DNA of 64,000 nt from Octopus bimaculoides (Eukaryota): the NCBI RefSeq assembly GCF_001194135.2, contig NC_069003.1:25598399-25662398 (forward strand), written 5' to 3'. A program made the translations under genes and the position numbers. Below, piece after piece: positions 52,116-63,200 of this stretch (position 1 is the first letter of the stretch; each line of letters starts with the position of its first letter). A model generated the notes under the pieces. The model did not search any database, had not been told where the DNA came from, and saw only the letters and a program-made list of their open reading frames with translations.

Positions 52116-52706
52116 ATCGTAACACTGCTGCTTATGTCTCTCTGTGAGATTTATAGTTAGATCATTTCTAAATATTAGTGAAAATCATATGAACTGAATT
52201 AGGTCTGTATATGTATTTTTTATATAGTAATAAGGTTTGACTTGCAGCTGGAAATTTTAAGGTTCTCTTGTTTGAAGAATATAAATTATAGAAATATTAA
52301 CTCGCAAGTAGCTTCCAGTAATTTCTCAAACGGAATCTTGCTATCTTTGTTGTAAAATGCTGCATTTTATTAATTAGGGCACTAGTTCAATAATAGTCGA
52401 TTATGTAGTTGCTTTGATATGATTTGTTATGTTAGTTTTGGGTTATCTTCTGCTTTTTTCTATACAAGTTCACTATGAAGTTATTGTTTTTTGTATAACT
52501 TATCCTCACTGTATTTGAACCTTTGCATTGTATGGTTTGTGCTGAGGCCAAGCAACAGTGGAATATGAATACCAGTTCTGAAACCTTGGCATCCTCACTG
52601 ATAGGGTTGTTGATTTGGAAACTGTTCACATGATTATTCTCTTGTTTATAAAAATACCTGATTACAAATTAAACGTGGCTAAATTTCATTGTGTATTTTT
52701 CTTCAG

Positions 52707-52856
52707 GTCAAGATATCCAACCCAAGAGGGATCTAACACGTTTTGTAAAATGGCCCCGTTACGTGAAGATCCAAAGGCAAAGGGCTGTTCTTTATAAACG
52801 CCTCAAAGTTCCACCACCAATCAATCAGTTTAGGCAGAATCTTAGCAAAGATTTAG
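52707..52856 (+). CDS. RPL7A: RPL7A exon 3 (150 bp)
   Basis: [41 protein letters not shown]. Confidence 0.98.
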
Positions 52857-53675
52857 GTAAGTCCAGTTTTATTTTGATTTGAGAAGATATACTTGCTATG
52901 TTGAGGTTGAGGAAAATTTATGAAAATATATATAAGCAACTCTTGATTATGTAATAGGTATTTTGGTATACTTTTGATGACTTGACAAAATCGAAACACT
53001 TCAATTCGGCTGCTTCCGTGGAAGCACATGTCAACTGTTAGTTGACGAAATGGGAGAAGGAGAAGAAAGCTAATCAGTTGTACGTGTGTGCTTGTTCTTG
53101 TCTGCCTGTTCTGTTATGTATTTATGTGTTGTGGAATATAGATAACGTAATTATGCCAGCAATGTCTCATTTTAAACTTGAAGGGAAAAAATCATTACAT
53201 ATTTGTTCTTACCTGCTTCACGCCAAGCAGAAATATTGCAACATGCATGGAGAAAAGGAGGGACTATACAATGCATTTTATGAATTTCATAAAAAAACAT
53301 TCTTGAAGTTTAAATTATACAGTATAAAGCTGCCTTCGCTATATCTATAGTGTTTTGATTTTATCGAGTTATATCAAAAGAATACCGGTATTTTTCGAAA
53401 AGGAATAAAAAAATTGTCCTGACTAGAGAGGGGTCGAAATAGCTATTACTTGGTACCTGTCCCCATGCTGCCACTGAGTACTCTTATACTACTGTAACTG
53501 ACTGACCATACCGTGGTATATAACTTACAGCTAATGCAGTACCAAGCTTGATCAAGGTAAACTGTGCCCCCAGTTTACTTTTCATAAAGAAATTATTAGG
53601 ATTGTGCAAGTGTATAAAAAAAGTAGTCTACATTGATAATCATGTACAAGTGTATTTACCATAGAATGTTTATAG

Positions 53676-53939
53676 CAGTGTTTCTTAACCTTTTGACCTT
53701 TAAAATAGTGTGTGTGTATATATATATATATAATGTTGTCCATAAATTGCAGACATCACTAAATATATCCTCAATGGTTATATTTTTTGATAACATAATA
53801 GGTTAGATAGGATGATGTCTATATTACAATAGCCAATAATATGTTGTGCATGTATAGTAATATTACAATCATGAAATTAGTATTAGCTTATCTCACTCTT
53901 TCTCATGGAACCTTGGGAAACCCTGGTTGAGAAACGCTG
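53676..53939. mobile_element. hAT MITE in RPL7A intron 3
   Basis: TIRs CAGTGTTTCTTAACC / GGTTGAGAAACGCTG; perfect 8-bp TSD gtttatag. Confidence 0.85.
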
Positions 53940-54061
53940 GTTTATAGGTTCGTATTTGTCGGTAAATCTATAAGTCCTGTAATTGAATCCACCCAGAATG
54001 TAATTAGGTTGGATTTTAGTGCAATTACTTTAATGTATTGTTTTTTTGTTCCAAATTGCAG

Positions 54062-54282
54062 CAACTCAGATGTTTAAACTTCTGGACAAATATCGTCCAG
54101 AAACCAAGCATCAGAAAAGAGCACGTTTAAGGGCTCGTGCCGAGAAACGAGCTGCAGGTAAAACAGATACACCAACAAAACGCCCCCCTGTTGTTAGGTC
54201 TGGAGCCAATACTGTGACCAGCCTTATAGAACAGAAAGCAGCCCAATTAGTTGTCATTGCTCATGATGTTGATCCCATTGAG
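54062..54282 (+). CDS. RPL7A: RPL7A exon 4 (221 bp)
   Basis: [16 protein letters not shown]...[14 protein letters not shown]; CAG / GTAGGT. Confidence 0.98.
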
Positions 54283-54893
54283 GTAGGTGTTTCCCCTAAC
54301 TGCATTAGGTTTATCTATATGTGCGTATGTTCCTTATGCATTCCAAAGCAAAAGATTCAGTAAGCTTTTGGCTACCAACTAAACTATTTTCATACAAAAA
54401 ATTAAGATTATCATTTTTCTTTTAGTCACCTATCATAAATGACATCTTTTACCACCACAATGATGTCACATTTTCTATATGTGTTCGTGTGTTTGTTGCG
54501 TACATTAGGCTGATGACTGACAAGTATATGTGTGTAATGGTGTTTGTGTCTGTCTGTATACATACATTTTTTTGATGACTGACACAGGTAGACGCACACA
54601 CGGAAAGATATGTGCTGATACTGAAAGTTATGAGTAAGTTTCATTAGAAAGTGAAAATAGCTTCACTCTTTCAATTTCAACCAAAATTACAGTATTCAAT
54701 TACAAGACCAATGTGTGAATAATGAAAGTAATGTTTCTCCGAATTAGTCACATATCTGTATTATAATAAAGTTGCTTAGGTGATCTCTCATTTTGATTTG
54801 CAGAGCTGTCATGTGTGTTAATTAGCTTAACTGTTATAACTCTCCAGCATACAAGTGTTTAACTATAGGATGAGATAAGTGATGTTAAGACTT

Positions 54894-54969
54894 GGATAAT
54901 GATGAAGTAAACATGTCAGATCCCTGCATGGTGATAATACAATCACTACCAACCGAGATCTCTGAGTCC
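54894..54969 (+). ncRNA. C/D snoRNA, U24-like carrying only the D guide, copy 1 (intron 4)
   Basis: GGAT/GTCC stem, ATGATGA, D guide ACTACCAACCGAGATCT plus CTGA pairs with LSU AGAUCUUGGUGGUAGU (Cm2338 / yeast Cm1437 equivalent). Confidence 0.8.
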
Positions 54970-55306
54970 AGTTTTAACTGTTGTGAATGATATGAGCGAT
55001 TATCTTTCTTGAGCTTTGTTATAGCAACTTAACTAGATATTAAAAAAAATTTAATGCATAACTCTTTTTGGTACCAACTTACCTGAGATAGTCTCTATAT
55101 AAATTTTCTGTTTAAAATTGAACTAAATTAAAATCTTTTATATGTGTTTGTGTGTTTGTTGCATACATTAGGCTGATGACTGACAAGTATATGTGTAATG
55201 GTGTTTGTGCCTGTCTGTATACGTACATTTTTTTGATGACTGACACAGACAGACTTACACAGGGAAAGATAGGCTTGAGGTGTGTGTTAATGGTATGTCT
55301 GTTATA

Positions 55307-55350
<44 letters not shown>

Positions 55351-55546
55351 NNNNNNNNNNNNNNNNNNNNNNNNNNNNNNNNNNNNNNNNNNNNNNNNNN
55401 NNNNNNNNNNNNNNNNNNNTAAAGTTGCTTAGGTGATCTTTCATTTTGATTTGCAGAGCTGTCATGTGTGTTAATTACCTTAACTGTTATAGCTCTCCAC
55501 CATACAAGTGTTTAACTATAGGATGAGATAAGTGATGTTAAGACTT

Positions 55547-55622
55547 GGATAATGATGAAGTAAACATGTCAGATCCCTGCATGGTGATAATACAATCACT
55601 ACCAACCGAGATCTCTGAGTCC
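55547..55622 (+). ncRNA. U24-D-guide snoRNA copy 2 (intron 4)
   Basis: Body identical to copy 1; lies across an N-gap from it, so could be a haplotype or assembly duplicate. Confidence 0.65.
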
Positions 55623-56512
55623 AGTTTTAACTGTTGTGAATGATATGAGCGATTATCTTTCTTGAGCTTTGTTATAGTAAACTTACTAGATATTTAAAAA
55701 AATTTGTTAATGCATAACTCTTTTTGGTACCAACTTACCAAAGAGATAGTCTCTATATAAAGTAATGTTTCTCCGAATTAGTCACATCTGTATTATAATA
55801 AAGTTGCTTAGGTGATCTTTCATTTTGATTTGCAGAGCTGTCATGTGTGTTAATTACCTTAACATTTTTTTATTTATTTACTTCTGTTTTAAAGTGCAAG
55901 TGAGGAGAAAATGAAAGATGTATGTATGTGTTAATGAAATGGACGTGTGTGAGAAAGAGAGTAAGAGTGACTGAAGGGGTGTGTTATGTATATGTACATA
56001 TATCAGTACATATGCATACATATTTTTCGTATGTGTGTGAGAGTGAGTGAGTGAGTGAACATATGTTGTTTAAGTGGCACATGAAAGCACGTAGGTGATG
56101 GGTGGGTGAGATGGAGGAAGGAGCATTGAGTGTTTCTTTAACAAAAATTAAACTAAAAAATATGTATCTCTCAGATTTGTAATCTCTATTTTTTCTACAT
56201 AGATAAAAAAGAAATTCGAAAAGTTATTAAAACATTGCAGTGAGGATGGGGGAGAATAAAAATGCTGAAAACGTGATTTCTGGACAAAATCAAAATCGTA
56301 CTAACCCCCTTTTATACGATGAAACAATACATAGTTTGTAATTCTTTTTTTAAGTACAGAAAGTACTTTTATGCAAACCCATGCAAATTGTACCCTCCCC
56401 TTCACTTTTAAACAAACAATAACTTCTATTATGCCATTAACTAATTATCAGCTGTGCCAATTTTGCCCATAAGAAAGGAACAAATAATACAATGTGTCTG
56501 TAGGTTATAACA

Positions 56513-56539
56513 CCTGGCAACGCCGGGATGCATTGCTAG
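56513..56539 (+). mobile_element. Helitron-like 3' terminus
   Basis: GC hairpin CCTGGC-AAC-GCCGGG followed by CTAG|T; ends an insertion (from about 55863) that interrupts the snoRNA repeat array. Confidence 0.5.
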
Positions 56540-56695
56540 TCTATATAAATGTAATACATGGTGTATTTATCTATAAGCAGTGTTTAAATTTTTATGGTAG
56601 TCATTATAAAAATATTTAACTGTAACTGCTAACACAACTGTTATAGCTCTCCAGCATACAAGTGTTTAACTATAGGATAAGTGATGTTAAGACTT

Positions 56696-56771
56696 GGATA
56701 ATGATGAAGTAAACCTGTCAGATCCCTGCATGGTGATAATACAATCACTACCAACCGAGATCTCTGAGTCC
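56696..56771 (+). ncRNA. U24-D-guide snoRNA copy 3 (intron 4)
   Basis: One substitution relative to copy 1 (aaacctgtc). Confidence 0.75.
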
Positions 56772-57154
56772 AGTTTTAACTGTTGTGAATGATATGAGCG
56801 ATTATCTTTCTTGAGCTTTGTTATAGTAACTTACTAGATATTTAAAAAATTTATTGTTAATGCATAACTCTTTTTGGTACCAACTTACCTGAGATAGTCT
56901 AAATAAATTTTCTGTTTAAAAGTGATCTAAATTAAAATCTTTTAAATGTTAATTTATATTCCAAACATTAAGCTTAATTCATGAGTTATTTCACTAAATT
57001 TGTCGTTATTTTCTCAATGAAATATTTCACGAGTGGAAAGCACTAACATGATGGAGAGCATGATTTTTAATTAGCTGATGATAGCAATGATGAAATATAT
57101 TGGATTAGATTCAAACATTTTCAATTCTACTTTGCACTCATTTTCTTTTATATT

Positions 57155-57189
<35 letters not shown>

Positions 57190-57927
57190 NNNNNNNNNNN
57201 NNNNNNNNNNNNNNNNNNNNNNNNNNNNNNNNNNNNNNNNNNNNNNNNNNNNNNNNNNNNNNNNNNNNNNATATATATGAGAGAGAGCAAGAGGGGTGGG
57301 GTATTTTAATTATTTGAATAAACCTATTATAAATATTTCAATTACTCCTGTATATAAACCTACATACAACATTGTTTGAATTACTCTTGTATGTACTCCA
57401 GTACAGTTTATTGTTACCATATTTTCTATATATGGTTAGTGTTGAGTTATTTCCCTTCTAGCCAGTTTGAATTTGCTCTTATCCGAACCCATAGCTTGAA
57501 ATTTTGCAAACAAAGCAAAGGATGCTTGATCCCTTAGAAAAAGTGACCAAGTCCCCCCTTCGTTATATCTATCTCAGGTAATCTCCGGTTGTTTCAGATG
57601 AAAATTGTCGAAGTGTAGTACAACAGTTTAATATTTTTCAAAAATATAGCAAGTCCCACATAAGACAGTTTTGCAAAAATACTTCTGGCTGAAAATATCA
57701 TGCATAGAGTTACGATTTTATGCATCCAACAAAGTATATATGAAAGCTGAAAGTGTTGCCAATGTAAAAAGAAATGGAACGGTGAAACTATTTTTTTCGC
57801 TTTCTGAAAATGCAAGACTTTTGCATAATTATGATATACACAAACACACACTAATAGTAACAAATGATAAAGTATTTACTTCATTGTAACAGCAGTAAAG
57901 GAGTTTGAAGCTATGTTGTAAGCAAAT

Positions 57928-58002
57928 TGGACAATGATGATGACAATTTATCAGTTACATCTCCATGGTGATATTTTATTTACTACCGAGATCTCGAGTC
58001 CA
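57928..58002 (+). ncRNA. U24-D-guide snoRNA, divergent copy 4 with defective box D
   Basis: TGGAC/GTCCA stem, ATGATGA, contiguous 14-nt guide TACTACCGAGATCT, but box D reads CGA (1-nt deletion). Confidence 0.65.
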
Positions 58003-58727
58003 GTTGTTTGTAATGATTTTTTTTACCTTTTGGCCTATTCATTTAGGTTCATTTGAATAGTTTTGTGTGTTTTGTTAAAATTAAGGTTTTATTTTGTAAA
58101 ATGTCGAATGAATAATGGAGAAATAAAGCAAGAACTTGATGACTTATACAAGATATGGTGGAGGTGGGGAATTCAGTGTGAGTGAGATAATTTGTGTTTC
58201 ATATACATCATCATTGTTTAACGTTTGCCTTCCATGCTAGTGTGGGTGGGACTATATATATTTGTACACACACTTGGTTATAATTTTTCTTTGTCTCCAT
58301 TAGCATACTTTGTCAACTCTGTACATACCATTATTATTATCACTTCATTTTCTTTACTATTTTTATGTTAACTATTGTTAATGTCACCTTTAAAACACAT
58401 TCAGATTTGAATGGTTTTACACACACACACACACACCTACTCTACAGATGGTTGAATCAGTGACTTGTTTATTCCATGGAGGTCAATGAGTATCTTAAAG
58501 GAATGTCACAACACCAGATCCTCTTTCTTTACACTGTCACAAGAACAAAGACTGTTAGATAGAAACAATTTCTCAGATACTGAAATCGTTGTTGGCCATT
58601 TCTTTTGAAATAGTATTTTTTGTGCATTGCTGATTGTGTCTGTTGAGGAAGTGGTTAGATAAAACAATAGTTTGAATAATTCTGGTTTAAATTCACAACA
58701 TACTTTGGCTTCATTTTTACTCAATTG

Positions 58728-58799
58728 GATCACAGTGATGCTTGAATTTCTTCAACTGAATTTTTTAAATTTGAAGACACTGACGACTTCTGAGTGATC
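58728..58799 (+). ncRNA. C/D snoRNA, SNORD36(U36)/snR47-like (intron 4)
   Basis: GATCAC/GTGATC stem, C GTGATGC, D' guide TTGAATTTCTTCA(A) plus CTGA matches human U36C GAATTTCTTCACCTGAAT and pairs with LSU UGAAGAAAUUCAA (Am3703 equivalent), D CTGA. Confidence 0.88.
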
Positions 58800-58919
58800 A
58801 TTTCTAATTGTATCCCCTGCTTTCCTTGTGACTTAATTCGAAATCAGATCTTGTCCTTTTAATATCTGTACAAGACTTCTTATTATTTAATATTAAAAAG
58901 TTTTCAACCAACTTTTCAG

Positions 58920-59050
58920 CTTGTGCTCTTTATGCCTGCACTGTGTCGTAAAACTGATGTCCCCTATTGCATTGTAAAAGGAAAGGCTCGTCTTGGCAGA
59001 GTTGTCAACACAAAGACCTGTTCATGTCTCGCCATCACCGATGTCTACCC
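58920..59050 (+). CDS. RPL7A: RPL7A exon 5 (131 bp)
   Basis: [43 protein letters not shown]; CAG / GTGAGT. Confidence 0.98.
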
Positions 59051-60226
59051 GTGAGTATTACTCCTTCCACTTGTTTAATGTTAATTATATTTAGAACAAT
59101 TTAATTAGTAAGTAAATGTCAGACAAACATTGTTAAAGATGATAGAAAAAATTCTTGATATATAATTTCCTTAATTTAGAGTAATAGGGTTGACATGGAT
59201 CAGTTAATTGTACTAGTGTGAACCGGGACAACTAATTGATCAATATCAACTGTTGAGTGGAAGTATCAATATCGCCACAACAATATCAACCTATTTATAA
59301 TATTAACTAAGTTTAAACCTTTCGTTACTGTATTTATTTTGTGATGCTCTGTGTTTCTTTCAATTACTTTATATATAACAAAGAATTTAGTTAAATAACT
59401 TGGTTATCATTCAGCTAGTGTTAGAAGCATAAATTGTGATTATGGTTTGGTGGAAGGTTTTAATTCAAAACTTATGCAAACAAGACCTTTGTACTCAGAG
59501 CTAGAGCTGGTTTCAGCCGGGTTGGTAACGAAAGGGCTTAAGGTGGTGAGCTGGCAGAATCGCTAGCTTATCCCTATTTCGTCCATATTTGTTTTGAGTT
59601 CAAAATAAATACCAGCTGAGCACTGGGTTGATATAATCAACCCCCAGAAATCCCCAAAGTTGCTGGCTTTGTGACAAAATTTGAGACCAGTATTAAAGTT
59701 TAAACTTTACAATACCATGATATTGCAGTGTAGATCCATGTGTTAGAGGATAACGTTGTCTATCTTGTATCTTCAAGATTTCAATGGTGTGTTTGTATAT
59801 TTTTAGAATGACTTTATACTGTAGGTGTGAGAGGTTGGATCTGGTCAGTTTTAATGTAAAACAGATTGTGCTAGATCAAATGCTAAAGGGTTAATGATGA
59901 CTATTTCAGTTGTTTGATGTCTGCATATACCACAATCATTTGCAAGTATAACATAATTGTGAAGTCTATAATCAAGAAGCCTAGACCATTGTATTATAAG
60001 CACAGGCTTTCACAATATTTGTAGGCGTGAGGTTATCGATAGAAGCACAGGTGGGGATTGAACCTTGTGCTTTATGATTACATATACTTTCTAATCATTC
60101 AAAACAATTGTTTGTGAAGGGTGGAATTTTATTACATGTGGTTTTATATAGTTTTCTTCAATCACCTGTATAAGTGAATTACTGAGATCTGTTAATTATA
60201 ATGGTTCTTATATGTTAAAATTTCAG

Positions 60227-60296
60227 GGAAGACAAGTCAAATTTGAATAATTTAATCACAGCCATCAGGACAGACTTCAACGACAGGTTTGAAGAG
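60227..60296 (+). CDS. RPL7A: RPL7A exon 6 (70 bp); final exon not visible
   Basis: EDKSNLNNLITAIRTDFNDRFEE resembles human [23 protein letters not shown]; CAG / GTCAGT. Confidence 0.95.
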
Positions 60297-63200
60297 GTCA
60301 GTTATTTGTTATTGCTCTTGTTTTTTTTTGTTTTGTTTTTTCAAATTTTTTTGCATATACATAGGATGTTAACTACTTATGCATGACAAAATTGACCAAA
60401 TGTAAGAAAGAGGCACCCAACATAATGCCAGTTTGTTGCAGGGGAGAGCAACGTGAAATGAAATGTTTTGCTCAAGAACACAAGTTTGTCAACCAGTGGT
60501 TGGGGACAGACGGACACATGCACATGTATATGTGCACACGCACACACAGCCTTCTTTCAGTTTCTGCCCATCGAAACCACTCAACTTGGTTGGCCTGTGG
60601 CTGTAGAAGATACCTGACCCAAGGTGCCATGCAATGAGACTAAACTTGGATCCATGTGCTTGGGAAGCAAACATCTTAGCACACAATGATACCTGTGTGT
60701 GTGTGTATGCACATATATATATGTATATATATATATATATATATAAAACTTACACAAATGACAAGGTATAAACTTCACTATATACTTAAACTACTTGCCT
60801 ATGTAATATGATTTGTAAAGGCTTTGTGTGTAATTTTACAACCTGACAATTAATGAAAGAATCAGTTATGATCTTGAATATTTATTTAAGCAGATTTTGT
60901 GACTCAGTTACTTTTTAATTATGCACTTAATCTTTTACGAAGTGGCCATTGTTTTCAGCAATACTATTTCATATTAATTATATTGTGATTTAGTTCGACA
61001 TTATGTTGTTAGATTTAGAAGGTTTTGTTTACTAATTCCATTGCATGTGNNNNNNNNNNNNNNNNNNNNNNNNNNNNNNNNNNNNNNNNNNNNNNNNNNN
61101 NNNNNNNNNNNNNNNNNNNNNNNNNNNNNNNNNNNNNNNNNNNNNNNNNNNNNNNNNNNNNNNNNNNNNNNNNNNNNNNNNNNATACTAAAGAAAAGAAT
61201 TGTCGTTTTGTTATTCTTTGTCAGAGTTGTGGACAAATGTTCATGTGTGATAAGGGCACATGTGCGGGAGAAATTCCATGGTGATAAGGCCAAGATCCCA
61301 CATGGTAGCTCTACCTGCCACCAACTGTTTTAACATGAATCTCCTTAATACAGTCTTTGGTTTAAAGATACAAAACAAGGTTTTAATTAAAAGCCTTCCT
61401 ATCATCAACATCATCGTTTAACGTCTGTTTTCCATGCTGGCATGGGTTGGGCGGTTTGACTGGGGATTGGCAAGCCAAGAGGCCTCATCAGCTCAAATCT
61501 GATATGGCAATGTTTCTACAGCTGGATGCCCTTCCTAATACCAACCACTCTGAGGGTGTAGTGGGTGTTTTTTATGGGAGCCAGTCAGGTGGCACTGGCA
61601 ACGACCCAACATAAATGGTACTTATTGTGTTCCACAAAAAAGATATACTGCTACACGTTGGAAAGAAAGGTTGCTTCCACTTGAGTTGGTATCTGATATT
61701 GTCATTTAACTCTTGGAATTGGAGGGAAATGAGATTAAAGTATTATTGTATGATGCCAACATCAGTAATTATGAAGTTGAATGTATGTTATGTAAATTTA
61801 GATAATATGGTTGATGTATAGAGGCAGTATTAATGCAGAGGTTATATCCCCCACTTGAATGTGGGTGTACTGTTAGAACAAGCTATACTGAAGTAGAAAC
61901 CTTTGCACCAAAATCCAGTATGAGTTTCTCTTTTGGTGTCTATTGCAGTATAATTTGTTCAAACAGAACATTCATGTTTAACGCTAGCGTTTAAACTGGC
62001 CATATCCAGCCAAAATAAGATTTTATCTTCAAGATAGCAAGATCTGGCCTCACAACATATGTATTCTGAAAATAAGCAATCACATCATTGAAATCTCAAA
62101 AACTTCAAGGTAATGCTTGGCTAATTTTTATCAATGTGAATAATTAAGCATTACATTTGACAAATCTGAATGCTAATGGGTTAGGTGGTGGTGGGGGATA
62201 AATAGTAAATAAAATGGATCAAATTGGGGGTAGAATTTTTTTTTTTTTGCTTGATGATTCTATATAAACTGATTTTGGTTGTGACTAGTTGTCATTGTTC
62301 CATCTGTAATTATGCATGCACAAAGTGCCAGTTCTCAATAGTGGTTGTGTTAATGTGAGATATTCATGTTTACATAAATGGTGGGGAGGGTGATGGCAAG
62401 TTGTAATACTGTTTTTTCCTTTTGCTAAAATTAGCCCCTCTAACTGCCACAATAGATTAAAACATTTAATCCAGTGACATTAACACTGTCAGGTCAGACA
62501 TTAATCCTACTGCTAATGCATTATTAAATCACACTACCACTAAAGCAAATCTCCTCACACTGCTCCTAGATTTGTAATACAGATGAAGCCAAAAGATGAT
62601 CTCTTTAAGACTTTAACTCCTCCTCCTCTCTTACCTTGAGGGTGATGATGGTGGTGGTGGTGTATCAGTTTATCAATTCACTTGGTTCTTATGCAAGGTC
62701 TTCGTTGCATTGAAGAAATCTTACCTGGAAGTGGTTCTCTTAATATTTCTGTCCTGGAACTTCAATAATCTCAGCAGTGAAACATCAGGTAATTGTTCAT
62801 TTACATACATGTTAATGTGATGAGAATTTAAATGCACATGTGTATTATACACAATCATTTAATGTCCACTTTTCCAGGCTTCTATGGATCAGATTATATA
62901 TACACATATCGTGTGTATGTATATATATATATAATATTGGGGACAAAATCCAAAATTACAGGTAAAAACTCAATTAAAATCAATTTATAAAAAATTAAAA
63001 TTAAATTGAGCTTTACAGAGTAAAATATATATAAATAAATATAGTTTTAGGGAAAAGAACCAAGGTTCATGAACTCGTCGATGAAAATCCACTGTCACAG
63101 AAAAATTAATAATTAAAAGCACAATAAATGAGTGTAATATACAAAGTAAATATAAGAAAGATATTTACTAACGAATCTAAACTAACTTTTCCTTTCAAGG

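Noticed and set aside
52530-52650. Possible H/ACA RNA ending in ACA about 60 nt before RPL7A exon 3
   Set aside because: No ANANNA H box between the hairpins and a weak upper stem.
54507-54585. CTGATGA...CTGA box-like pattern (repeated near 55170-55245)
   Set aside because: Lies in decayed microsatellite, with no terminal stem or guide.
59228-59242. 15-nt identity (ACAACTAATTGATCA) to recalled vertebrate Y3 RNA
   Set aside because: No Ro-binding bulged stem or poly-U terminator; probably a chance AT-rich match.
62640-62790. GC-richer stretch checked as the missing RPL7A last exon
   Set aside because: No frame encodes IRRHWGG-like sequence; probably a degenerate LINE fragment.
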